Source: an uncultured Solirubrobacteraceae bacterium | GTDB lineage: Bacteria; Actinomycetota; Thermoleophilia; Solirubrobacterales; Solirubrobacteraceae | Direction of reading: 5' to 3' | DNA: 32,000 bases | NCBI GenBank assembly: GCA_963790905.1 | Contig: CAWBQH010000004.1 | Coordinates: 332,977 to 364,976 of the forward strand | Part shown: piece by piece, positions 9,985 through 18,382 of the stretch | Layout: every line of letters starts with the position of its first letter | Numbering within the stretch: the first letter of the stretch is position 1 | The notes under the pieces: model-generated | Told to the model about the DNA's origin: nothing | The model's input: only the letters and a program-made list of their open reading frames with translations | The model's database searches: none | Made by a program: the position numbers and the translations under genes

Positions 9985-10581
9985 TCACGCGTCGAGCGCA
10001 TAGCGCCTGACGTCCTGTTCCAGCTTGGCAGCGCTTGGATACGGACCCTGATGGATGTACTCGCTGCCGTGCCGGTCGTAGAAGACGGTCACCGGCGTGA
10101 ACGTCGAGTCGGTGATCGCGGCGCCGGCCTGGCCGCCCTGGTCGTAGTAGCTCGGGTAGCTCACGGGGAACGAGCGCAGGAAGGCGAGCGCATCCGAGCG
10201 GCTGCTCTCGCCGGAGTCGATCCCGATGAACGCGACTTCCCGGCCCTGCGTGAGCGAGGCATGCTGGAAGGCGCCGAACTCCGAGCGGCACGGCTGACAC
10301 CAGGAGGCCCACTTGTTGATCACGATCGGGCGCCCGCGCAGCGACGCCAGCCGCGCGCGCAGCGCTGGCAGCCCGCCGGGCAGGATCTCGTTCGCCTGCG
10401 CGTGCAACGCCTCAAGCGGCGCCGGAGAGCCGGCCAGGCGTGCGCGCATCTGAGCGACCGTCAGCTTTGCCGGCGCCGTCGGCGAGACCGTCGCCGAGCG
10501 GCTCAGCTGGACCAGGCCGACGACGAGCACGGCGAGGATTGCGAGGCCTCCGGCGGCGATCGACATGCGCGTCGCAGTCAT
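9985..10581 (-). CDS. TlpA/ResA-like membrane-anchored thioredoxin-fold protein
   Basis: N-terminal anchor MSIAAGGLAILAVLVVGLVQL; redox motif INKWASWCQPCRSEFGAFQHAS. ATG at 10579-10581; the track uses an alternative TTG at 10614. Confidence 0.85.
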   Translation of the reverse strand: MTATRMSIAAGGLAILAVLVVGLVQLSRSATVSPTAPAKLTVAQMRARLAGSPAPLEALHAQANEILPGGLPALRARLASLRGRPIVINKWASWCQPCRSEFGAFQHASLTQGREVAFIGIDSGESSRSDALAFLRSFPVSYPSYYDQGGQAGAAITDSTFTPVTVFYDRHGSEYIHQGPYPSAAKLEQDVRRYALDA

Positions 10582-10678
10582 CGCCGCTAAGGGTCGCAGA
10601 TACCCCCCCTTCAATCGCGCCTTCGCGTGCTATATCCTCAGGAGCACATCAGGGCCGGGTCGCCCGGAGCACCCGGCA

Positions 10679-13624
10679 ATGGCGCAAGTGCAGCGCCAAA
10701 TCCTTTCGAGCCGCGCCGAAGCCACTTTCGACGGCGGCTCCGTCTCGAAGTCCAGAGCCTCAATGGCCGAGTCCACCTCAGTGGCCCTCGCGGCCGCGAC
10801 CATTCCAAGTTCCGCCGACATCGCCCGCGCGGAAAAGCTCGTGCGCGAGCGCTTCCTGCACGGAGGCGAGGATCCCGCCGTCGCGCTCGCTCCCGGCTCA
10901 GCGCGCAGGCGCGCGCTCGATCAGGCGCTCGCGGAGCTCGACGCGGATCCGAAGGCCACGCATCCGTCGACCGCCTGGCGGCGCGAATTCTCGCTGCTGC
11001 TCGGCTTGGAGCGGCTGCTCTCAGAGGACGAGCCAAAGCTCGCGGACGGCACCGTGCTCTCCTCCCACCAGGTCGACGCGCTGTCCGGCACGCTCGCTGC
11101 GCTGCTGGCCGAGGCGCAGCGCAGCGCGCCAAACGGCGGCAACGGCCGCACGGCGGCCTCCGCCTCGCCGGAGCTGCTCGCCTCGGCCGACATCCTCGGT
11201 CCGGACGAGGTGGTCGCGGCGAACGGCTCGCAGATCGCGGTCGCGCCCGAGGAGGGCTCCGATGGCGAGGAGCCCGAGGAGCCCGAGGAGGACGAGGAGG
11301 ACGAGGAGGACGAGGAAGACCTCGACGAGGAGGACGACGACGATCTGGAACCTGTCCAGCGCGCCGCGCCGGAGGAGGACGAGGACGAGGACGACGAGCT
11401 CGAGGAGGATGTTGAGGAGGAGGAGGAGCCCGAGGACGAGGAGCCGGAGGAGGAGGAGGAGGAGAGCGAGCCCGAGGAGGAGCCGCGCGACTGGGTCGAA
11501 GAGGAGGACGAGGAGGGCGTCCTCGGCGAGCAGCCCGAGGACCCGAACGCGGCCAAGCGGTTCTGGTTCGAGCACGCGACCGGCGCCGGCAAGACCGTCG
11601 CGGCGCTCGGCTTCGTCGAGGCGTCGCAGACGGGCGGGGTGCTGATCCTCACCCACCGGCGCAACCTCGTCGATCAGTTCCACGGCGAGCTGCGCGATCG
11701 GGGGTATGCCAAGCGCATCAGCCGGCCGCTGCTCAAGGGCGAGGACTCGGTCAAGGGCCCGGTGACAGTCGAGACCTACCAGTGGTTCGTGCGCAACGCC
11801 GGCAAGATCTCAAGTGCCTACACGATCGTCATCTGCGACGAGGCGCACACCGCCCTCGGCGAGAAGACGAGCGCTGCGATCCGCAACTGGACGGGACCGA
11901 TCTTCATCGGCATGACGGCGACCGGCGCGCTGATCGCCCGGCACGTCACCGACCTGTTCCCCACGCAGACCTCCCGCTTCGACCTCGCGCAGGCGGCTCG
12001 CCGGGGCGTCATCGCCCCGCTGCGCTGCGTGCGCATCTCTCCGGGGGTGGGCGTGCGCACGATCGCGAAGGTGCCGCTGCGCAGAGGGGAGGTGGACACC
12101 GAGTTCGACCAGGAGGAGCTGGCCAAGCTGCTGGACCAGCAGCCCTTCAACGTCGCCGTGGCGAACCTGTACAAAACACGCTTCAACGGCGTTCCCGGCG
12201 TCGTCTACGCGGCGGGCGTGCGCCACGCCTACAACCTCGCCGAAGCGTTCCGCGCCGAGGAGATCAAGGCTCAGGCGGTGTCCGGCGAGACACCCAAGCG
12301 CGAGCTCGCCGAGATCCTCGCGCGCTACGAGCGCGGCGACATCGACGTGCTGATCAATGCGCAGCTGCTCGCCGAGGGCTGGAACAGCCCGCGGGCGACG
12401 GTCTGCATGCATCTCGCGCCGACCGCCTCCAAGCGCATCTACCAGCAGCGCGTCGGACGCGTGACGCGCCGCCACCCTGGCAAGGAGGCGGGGCTGGTGG
12501 TCGACTTCGTCCATCCCGCCACCAAGCACGACGATCCAGTCGTGACACTGCATTCGCTGCTCGACCGCGACGTCTACCGCGGAGGCGCGATCGTCGTCGG
12601 TCCCGTGCGCCGCGGTCGCGGACGCAGGATGCGCGTCGAGCGGCGCGTGCTGCCGGTGTGCGCGGAGGAGGAGCGGCGGTTCGCCGTCTTCGAGCGTGAG
12701 CTGTGGCGCATCGCCGTCGAGCACCTCGACTACGGCGAGCAGCACGTGTGGGCGGCGCTCGCCGGCGCCCGGGTTGCGCCCAACGGCTGGCGCCGGGCGC
12801 GGGCGATGCTCCACTTCGACCGGACCGGCGAGCTGAAGAGCCGCTTCTTGATCACGGCCGTCCAGCGCAACAAGAACCCGCAGCTGCGTCTGCGAGCGCT
12901 GTCTGACATCGCGGCGCTGCGCGACCCCGACGCGTTCGACACGGCGATCGACATCATCGGCGGCTGGCCACGCGAAGAGCGCAAGGAGGCGACCAAGATC
13001 ATGCTGCGCGCGCTCGTCGAGCGCCGCATCGGCAGGCGCGACCAGGCGAACGCCTGGATCTGGCGGCTGGCCGAGTACACGCGCGACGTGCACGAGGAGT
13101 ACGCGGTGCAGCGCTGGCCCGAGACCAAGCGCCTGCTGGGGCTGCTCGTCAACTCGGCGGGCGGCGCGCATGCGCGCAACGCCCGGCGCCTGATCCATGC
13201 CGCGCGCAAGCAGGACCGCCGCCTCACGGCCGCGCTGCTTGCGGCTGCGCTGGCACATACCCCCGAGGCCGAGGAGGCGCTGCGCGGCGCACGCACGCGG
13301 CTGGCGCGCAAGCCGCCGGCGCTGGCGCGCGAGCTGCTGCGGAACTTCCCCAAACGCCGCGCCCGCAACACCAGGCGAAGGCGCAAGGGAGCCAGGGGAG
13401 GCGCAAATGGCGCGCGCCCGAGCGAGCCGCTCGCCACGGAGGCGTCGGCGGCGGCGGACGCGCCGTCGAACGACGGCCGCTCCGGCGAGCCGGCTCCGAA
13501 GCTGAGCGGGGGGCTCGGCCCGCAGGTCGACGACGAGCTGCGCCGCAATGTCCAGGATGCGCTCGAGCACCAGGAGCGGCTCGAGCGCCCCGACGAGCTC
13601 GAGCCCGCCGAGGAGATGCCCTAG
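10679..13624 (+). CDS. DEAD/DEAH-box (SF2) helicase with acidic low-complexity insert and basic C-terminal tail
   Basis: Walker A HATGAGKT (11573-11596), DEAH motif VICDEAHTALG, FIGMTATG, LLAEGWNSPRATVCMHLAPTASKRIYQQRVGRVTRRHPGKEAGLVVDF. Start at MAQVQRQIL is an estimate. Confidence 0.9.
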   Translation: MAQVQRQILSSRAEATFDGGSVSKSRASMAESTSVALAAATIPSSADIARAEKLVRERFLHGGEDPAVALAPGSARRRALDQALAELDADPKATHPSTAWRREFSLLLGLERLLSEDEPKLADGTVLSSHQVDALSGTLAALLAEAQRSAPNGGNGRTAASASPELLASADILGPDEVVAANGSQIAVAPEEGSDGEEPEEPEEDEEDEEDEEDLDEEDDDDLEPVQRAAPEEDEDEDDELEEDVEEEEEPEDEEPEEEEEESEPEEEPRDWVEEEDEEGVLGEQPEDPNAAKRFWFEHATGAGKTVAALGFVEASQTGGVLILTHRRNLVDQFHGELRDRGYAKRISRPLLKGEDSVKGPVTVETYQWFVRNAGKISSAYTIVICDEAHTALGEKTSAAIRNWTGPIFIGMTATGALIARHVTDLFPTQTSRFDLAQAARRGVIAPLRCVRISPGVGVRTIAKVPLRRGEVDTEFDQEELAKLLDQQPFNVAVANLYKTRFNGVPGVVYAAGVRHAYNLAEAFRAEEIKAQAVSGETPKRELAEILARYERGDIDVLINAQLLAEGWNSPRATVCMHLAPTASKRIYQQRVGRVTRRHPGKEAGLVVDFVHPATKHDDPVVTLHSLLDRDVYRGGAIVVGPVRRGRGRRMRVERRVLPVCAEEERRFAVFERELWRIAVEHLDYGEQHVWAALAGARVAPNGWRRARAMLHFDRTGELKSRFLITAVQRNKNPQLRLRALSDIAALRDPDAFDTAIDIIGGWPREERKEATKIMLRALVERRIGRRDQANAWIWRLAEYTRDVHEEYAVQRWPETKRLLGLLVNSAGGAHARNARRLIHAARKQDRRLTAALLAAALAHTPEAEEALRGARTRLARKPPALARELLRNFPKRRARNTRRRRKGARGGANGARPSEPLATEASAAADAPSNDGRSGEPAPKLSGGLGPQVDDELRRNVQDALEHQERLERPDELEPAEEMP

Positions 13625-13637
13625 CTGTACAGGCGTC

Positions 13638-13655
13638 CGGGGCGGCTTCGCCCCG
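13638..13655. terminator. Hairpin between convergent genes: CGGGGC-ggcttc-GCCCCG
   Basis: Perfect 6-bp stem with 6-nt loop in the 36-bp gap between the helicase stop and the birA stop; no U-tract. Confidence 0.4.
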
Positions 13656-13660
13656 CCGTG

Positions 13661-14440
13661 TCAGTCGAGCGCTGCAAGGTGGACCTCGCCCGCGCTGAGC
13701 GTCGTGTAGCCGCCGTCCGCTAGCGCGACGATCAGCCTCCCGGCGCCATCGATCCCCTGCGCACGCCCGCGCCTGTGGTGCGCTTCCGGCTCGTGCGTCC
13801 CCCAAACGATCTCCCGCCCGCGCAGCGCATCGCGCGCGCGCCACGCCTCGAGCGTCCTCTCTGGCGGCTGGAGCAGCCGTCGCTCGAGCGCGACGAGCAG
13901 CTCTGCGAGCGTCGGCTCGATCTCCGCGCGAGGCCTGCCGAGCGTCGCTGCCGGCCGCGCGAGGTTCGACGGCGACGGACGCAGCTCGGGCGGCAGCTCA
14001 TCGAGGCACACGGCGACGTTCAGGCCGATCCCGACGATCACCCAGCGCTCCTGCGGACGACCCTCGGTGAGGATGCCGGCGAGCTTGGCCAGCACCGAGT
14101 CCGGGGACGCGTTGGCAGCGGCAGGCTGCAAGATCACGACGTCGTTCGGCCACTTGACCTGAGCGTCCGCCCCGGCGACGTCGCAAACCGCCACGGCCGC
14201 GATCAGCCCCAGGAGCAACGGCGGCCGATCGGAGGCCTGCCAGCGCAGCAGCAGCGACATCAGGACCGAGCTTCCCGCCGGCGCCGACCAGCTCCGGCCG
14301 TGCCGGCCGCGCCCGGCCGTCTGCTCGGACGCGGTGACGAGCGTCCCGTGCGGAGCCCCGGCGATCGCGAGCGCCCGCGCACGGTCGTTGGTGGAGTCGG
14401 TGCGCCGCAGGTGCACGCGCGGGTGACCGAGCTCGCTCAC
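13661..14440 (-). CDS. birA: Biotin--[acetyl-CoA-carboxylase] ligase
   Basis: RRTDSTNDRARALAIAGAPHGTLVTASEQTAGRGRHGRSWSAPAGSSVLMSLLL...QVKWPNDVVI...WVIVGIGLNV. GTG start overlaps the TGA of the upstream gene. Confidence 0.93.
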   Translation of the reverse strand: MSELGHPRVHLRRTDSTNDRARALAIAGAPHGTLVTASEQTAGRGRHGRSWSAPAGSSVLMSLLLRWQASDRPPLLLGLIAAVAVCDVAGADAQVKWPNDVVILQPAAANASPDSVLAKLAGILTEGRPQERWVIVGIGLNVAVCLDELPPELRPSPSNLARPAATLGRPRAEIEPTLAELLVALERRLLQPPERTLEAWRARDALRGREIVWGTHEPEAHHRRGRAQGIDGAGRLIVALADGGYTTLSAGEVHLAALD

Positions 14441-15306
14441 GCGGGGCGCACCACGAGCTCGTCGTCGCGGCCGGCCGCGAGCAGGGCGGCAGCCGAGCCG
14501 CGGTTGACGGCGAGCGCGATCATCTGCTGCGCGTCCTCGTAGATCAGCAGCCCACCTGGCGGCGCGTCGGCGAACGTCGAGGCATATCGGGCGGAGTGGA
14601 TCCTGCCGGCGTGGTGCACCGTGACCGCGCCGCCGGGCCGTGCGCCCACCTCCGCGAGCTGCTCCGCGCGCGCGTCGAGGATCACATTGCCGAAGCCGTC
14701 GCAATGCAGCACGTGGGCCGAGACGGCGCCGCCGGCGACGAGCGCGCACGGCAGCGCGAGCTGGCGCAGCTCGTCCACGGCGAATCGATCGCCGAGCTCC
14801 GCGAGCGGGGTCCCGGCGGCAAGCGCGGCCGCGACCGGCGCGAATATGTCCCTGCCATGGAAGGTCCGCGATACCGGCTGCAGACGCTCGGGCGAACGGC
14901 CGATGTCGACCCCCTCAGCCACGCCCGCGAGCCGTGCTGCAGCCGGCATGAGCAGCCCGTTGTCAGGACCGACGAGCACGTGGCCCCTGCTGGCTGTGCG
15001 CAGCGCGACCGCCCGGCGCGCCTGTGCCCCGACGGCGCCGACCCCCGGATCGACGACCGCCAGATGCACTCCGGCAGGCAGGAACGGTAATGCGGCTCGC
15101 AGCACCATCGCGCCGGTCCGGACGTCGTGGCGAGGGATCGCATGCGTCAGGTCGATCACGCGAGCCGCGGGGCAGCGACGGGCCATCACCCCGTGACAGA
15201 CACCGACGAACTCGTCGCCGTGGCCGAAGTCGGAGAGGAACGTGATCACCGGCGGAGCGTCTTGGCGGTATCCCGACCGGCTGCCTGCAGGCGCCGGGGT
15301 GTTCAC
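14437..15306 (-). CDS. SAM hydroxide adenosyltransferase / chlorinase-fluorinase superfamily (DUF62-type)
   Basis: PPVITFLSDFGHGDEFVGVCHGVMARRCPAARVIDLTHAIPRHDVRTGAMVL...HLAVVDPGVG...VLVGPDNGLL...FHGRDIFAPVAAALAAG. GTG start (15304-15306) overlaps the upstream TGA. Confidence 0.92.
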   Translation of the reverse strand: MNTPAPAGSRSGYRQDAPPVITFLSDFGHGDEFVGVCHGVMARRCPAARVIDLTHAIPRHDVRTGAMVLRAALPFLPAGVHLAVVDPGVGAVGAQARRAVALRTASRGHVLVGPDNGLLMPAAARLAGVAEGVDIGRSPERLQPVSRTFHGRDIFAPVAAALAAGTPLAELGDRFAVDELRQLALPCALVAGGAVSAHVLHCDGFGNVILDARAEQLAEVGARPGGAVTVHHAGRIHSARYASTFADAPPGGLLIYEDAQQMIALAVNRGSAAALLAAGRDDELVVRPA

Positions 15307-16823
15307 GGCAGTGCCGTCTCGGAGGCCCGCGACGCGGCATCGGCGAGCAGCGCGTCGAGGACGCCGTCGATGTCGTGCCGCTCTGCCTCGACGTGGGGCT
15401 CCAGGCCGCGCTCGCGCAGGGTCTCGCTCGTGACCGGGCCGATCGAGACGATCCGCGTGTGCGGCGAGAGCGGCGCGTCAGCCAGGCCATCCCCGGCCGC
15501 GGCGACGGCGGAGAGGAAGAAGCGCACCGTCGAGGAGGACGTGAAGGTGATGTAGTCGGCGCCGCGCGCGGCCTCGAGAGCGGGCCCGGAGAGCGGCTCG
15601 GCCACCGTCTCATACAGCGCCAGCACGTCGACCTTCCCGCCACGAGCGCGCAGGGCATCGGGCAGCACCTCGCGCGCGTCGGCGGCGCGCGCGATCAGCG
15701 CGCGCGTGAAGGGAACGCCGGCGAGCGCCTCGACCAGCGCCTCGGCAACGGAGCGCTCCGGAACGATGTCGGCGAGGACGCCGCGCTCGGCCAGCGCCCG
15801 CGCGGTCCCGGGGCCGATCGCCGCCACGCGCGCCCCCGCGAGCGAGCGCGCGTCGCGTCCCGCCGCGGCGAGGCGCTCGAACAGCGCATGCACCCCATTG
15901 GGGCTGGTCACGCACACGAGGTCATAGCGCGAGAGATCGAGCGGCGGGCCCGGGATTGGCCGCACCCGGATCACGGGGGCCTGCACCACCTCCGCGCCGT
16001 GCGCTTGCAGGCGCCGCGCCAGCTCGCTCGCCTGCGCGCGCGCGCGCGTGACGGCCACCTTGCGCCCAGCGAGCGGCAGGAGCGCTGTCCACGCAAGCTC
16101 CGCGGCGAGCGCTGCAACGGCTCCCACGACCGTGATCGCCGGGGCGCGGATGTCCTGCTCGCGCGCCTTGTCGGCGATCGTGCGCAGAGAGCCCGTGACG
16201 GTTCGCTGCAGCGGGAGCGTCCCCCGTTCGATCACCGCCGCCGGCTCGGACGCTGCTCGTCCCGCGCTTATCAGGGCCTCGGCGATCTCCGCCAGGCGGC
16301 CGACTCCCATATAGAAGACGAGCGTCCCTGGGAACGCGGCCAGCGCCGGCCAGTCGAGTGCCGTCTCATCCTTCTCCGGATCCTCGTGGCCGGTCACCAG
16401 CGCCACAGCGCTCGAGATCCCTCGCTGAGTTACCGGGATGCCGGCGTAGGCCGGGGCGGCGATCCCCGCCGTGATGCCCGGCACGACCTCGAAGGGGATC
16501 CCCGCGGCGCGAAGGCGCAGAGCCTCCTCTCCACCGCGGCCGAAGACGAACGGGTCGCCGCCCTTCAGGCGCACCACGGTTCGCCCCGCGCGAGCGTGCT
16601 CGACCATCAGCGCCTCGGTCTGCGCCTGCGGGACGGACGGCCCGCGGCCCTCCTTGCCGACGAACGCGAGCTCTGCGTCCGCGCGCGCGCCGTCGAGGAC
16701 AGCGTCGGGGATCAGGCGGTCGTAGAGGATGACATCCGCCTCGGCGATCAGCTCGAGCGCACGCGCGCTCAGCAGCCCTGGGTCGCCAGGACCGGCGCCC
16801 ACCAGGTACACGCGTCCGCTCAC
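15303..16823 (-). CDS. Fused uroporphyrinogen-III C-methyltransferase / uroporphyrinogen-III synthase (CobA-HemD)
   Basis: N-terminus MSGRVYLVGAGPGDPGLLSARALELIAEADVILYDRLI...RLKGGDPFVFGRGGEE...VVPGITAG (SUMT). C-terminal half LPLAGRKVAVTRARAQASELARRLQAHGAEVVQAPVIRV...YDLVCVTSPNGV (HemD). Confidence 0.95.
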   Translation of the reverse strand: MSGRVYLVGAGPGDPGLLSARALELIAEADVILYDRLIPDAVLDGARADAELAFVGKEGRGPSVPQAQTEALMVEHARAGRTVVRLKGGDPFVFGRGGEEALRLRAAGIPFEVVPGITAGIAAPAYAGIPVTQRGISSAVALVTGHEDPEKDETALDWPALAAFPGTLVFYMGVGRLAEIAEALISAGRAASEPAAVIERGTLPLQRTVTGSLRTIADKAREQDIRAPAITVVGAVAALAAELAWTALLPLAGRKVAVTRARAQASELARRLQAHGAEVVQAPVIRVRPIPGPPLDLSRYDLVCVTSPNGVHALFERLAAAGRDARSLAGARVAAIGPGTARALAERGVLADIVPERSVAEALVEALAGVPFTRALIARAADAREVLPDALRARGGKVDVLALYETVAEPLSGPALEAARGADYITFTSSSTVRFFLSAVAAAGDGLADAPLSPHTRIVSIGPVTSETLRERGLEPHVEAERHDIDGVLDALLADAASRASETALP

Positions 16824-17209
16824 GCGCCGACCGGCCAGTGCTCCACAGCGAGCTCTGACATCGGAAAGTGCTTCGGGTTACCCGTCGCCAGTCGCGATCC
16901 GGTGGCCAACGCGGCCGCTGCGATCAGACAGTCCGCTTGCTGGAGCGTGATCCCTCTCAGCGCATAATCACGACGCCAACGCCCTGCGCATTCACCCTCC
17001 GATCGGCCAAGTGGGGCCAGCTGAAGACCGCTCAGGAAGCGCATCACGAGCGTCTCGTCATCCTCGCCGGCGCCGCGCATCACCTCCTCGACGTTGACCG
17101 CGCATATCCACGGCACTGGCTCGGTGTTGCGCAACTCGCGCAGACGCTCGGCAGCCGGACGGCCACGTAGCGCGTCGATCAATACGGTCGTGTCGAGCAG
17201 CAGCGGCAA
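16820..17209 (-). CDS. PIN-domain ribonuclease, VapC-like toxin
   Basis: MPLLLDTTVLIDALRG, VNVEEVMRG, LQQADCLIAAAALATGSRLATGNPKHFP retain the spaced acidic residues of PIN nucleases. TTG start abuts the upstream TAG; the TGA overlaps the cobA-hemD GTG. Confidence 0.85.
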   Translation of the reverse strand: MPLLLDTTVLIDALRGRPAAERLRELRNTEPVPWICAVNVEEVMRGAGEDDETLVMRFLSGLQLAPLGRSEGECAGRWRRDYALRGITLQQADCLIAAAALATGSRLATGNPKHFPMSELAVEHWPVGA

Positions 17210-17449
17210 CTAGCCAACGCGAGTTGGGTCGCCATCGCGCTGCTCGCTCACCCAATCGGCCGGGTCGCGATCCCACTCGTGCTCGCGCCCTGAGAGGGCG
17301 CCGAGCCCGGCTTCGATGTCCTCCCAGCGCCGCTCGTCATCAAGCGCACGGCGCACCGTCTCGCTGATGAACATGCTTCGACGCCGTCTGCCGATGCGCC
17401 GGTCGAGTTGCTCTACGAGATCATCGTCGAGGCTTATGTGCACTCGCAT
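17210..17449 (-). CDS. Ribbon-helix-helix (CopG/VapB-like) antitoxin
   Basis: MRVHISLDDDLVEQLDRRIGRRRRSMFISETVRRALDDERRWEDIEAGL is a typical RHH N-terminus. ATG at 17447-17449 (alternative GTG at 17455). Confidence 0.8.
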   Translation of the reverse strand: MRVHISLDDDLVEQLDRRIGRRRRSMFISETVRRALDDERRWEDIEAGLGALSGREHEWDRDPADWVSEQRDGDPTRVG

Positions 17450-17477
17450 GGCCACAGCTTAGCACACGCGGTGATTT

Positions 17478-18374
17478 CTATTGCCTCGACGCCATCTCCT
17501 CGGCGTCTCGAAGCAGCTCGCCGGCTCCGACCGTCATCAGCCGTGCGGCCACCTCACGTCCGAGCGACTCCGGCTCGGAGCGCTCGCCGGCGAGCTCATC
17601 GCTGACCCATGCCGAGCCGTCGAGCATTCCCACCCAGGCGCGCATGTGCAGCTGCCCATCGGCCGCCGGCAGCGCATGGGCGCCGAGCGGGGTGTTGCAA
17701 CTCGCCCCGAGCGCGTGCGCGAGCGCGCGCTCGGCAAGCAGGCAGGCGAACGCCTGCACATCGGTGATCGCCTGCACCGCCTCGCGCGCTTGAACGTCAT
17801 TCGCGCGTCCCTCGAGCGCGAGGATCCCCTGTCCAGGCGCCGGCACGAACCGCTCGGGATCGAGCACCGCGCCGATCTCCGCCTCGCGGCCGAGCCGCTG
17901 CAGCCCGGCTCGCGCGAGCACGATCGCCTCCAGGCCGTCGCTGCGCTCTGAAAGCTTGCGCAGGCGCGTGTCGACATTGCCGCGGATCGGCACGACCTCG
18001 ATGTCCGTGCGCGCGGCCCGCAGCTGCGCCTCGCGGCGGATGCTGCTCGTACCAACGCGCGCGCCCGCGCGCAGCTCGTCAACCCCCGCCGCGCCGCAGA
18101 TCGCGTCCTCGGCCGCCGCGCGAGCCGGCGCGCCGAGCAGCTCGAGGCCGTCGGCCAGCTGGTTCGGGACATCCTTGGCTGAGTGCACCGCTAGCTCTAT
18201 CTCGCCCGCCAACAGCGCGCGCTCGAGCTCTCGCACCCATCTCGACTTGTCCTCGGTGGCCGCTCCGCGGTCCCCGCTGGTCACGATCGGAACGATCTCG
18301 CACTCGCCGAGCAGGCTCGCGAGCAGCTCGGCCTGTGCCAGCGCGAGCGCGCTGCGCCTCGTTCCGATCCGCAT
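17478..18374 (-). CDS. hemC: Hydroxymethylbilane synthase (porphobilinogen deaminase)
   Basis: MRIGTRRSALALAQAELLASLLG...VTSGDRG...FVRELERALLAGEIELAVHSAKDVP-type motifs, IGTSSIRREAQL, VPIRGNVDTRLRKL. Confidence 0.96.
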   Translation of the reverse strand: MRIGTRRSALALAQAELLASLLGECEIVPIVTSGDRGAATEDKSRWVRELERALLAGEIELAVHSAKDVPNQLADGLELLGAPARAAAEDAICGAAGVDELRAGARVGTSSIRREAQLRAARTDIEVVPIRGNVDTRLRKLSERSDGLEAIVLARAGLQRLGREAEIGAVLDPERFVPAPGQGILALEGRANDVQAREAVQAITDVQAFACLLAERALAHALGASCNTPLGAHALPAADGQLHMRAWVGMLDGSAWVSDELAGERSEPESLGREVAARLMTVGAGELLRDAEEMASRQ

Positions 18375-18382
18375 CAGCGCGG

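Noticed and set aside
10921-11683. Minus-strand ORFs with long Ser runs (247 aa) or Leu/Val runs (220 aa)
   Set aside because: These are antisense readings of the GAG/GAC acidic repeat in the helicase gene. Composition is dictated by the repeat, with no independent start signals or domains.
12730-13570. Long minus-strand ORFs opposite the helicase C-terminal half
   Set aside because: No recognisable motifs. The plus-strand helicase frame is continuous here with normal protein composition.
10679-13624. Helicase as core of a new phage-defence island
   Set aside because: Neighbours are TlpA-like, galT and birA housekeeping genes. No nuclease, methylase or integrase is adjacent, so the sequence gives no support for a defence system.
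13638-13655. Possible small RNA or mobile-element end
   Set aside because: A 6-bp stem between convergent genes is better explained as a terminator. No flanking direct repeats or transposase seen.
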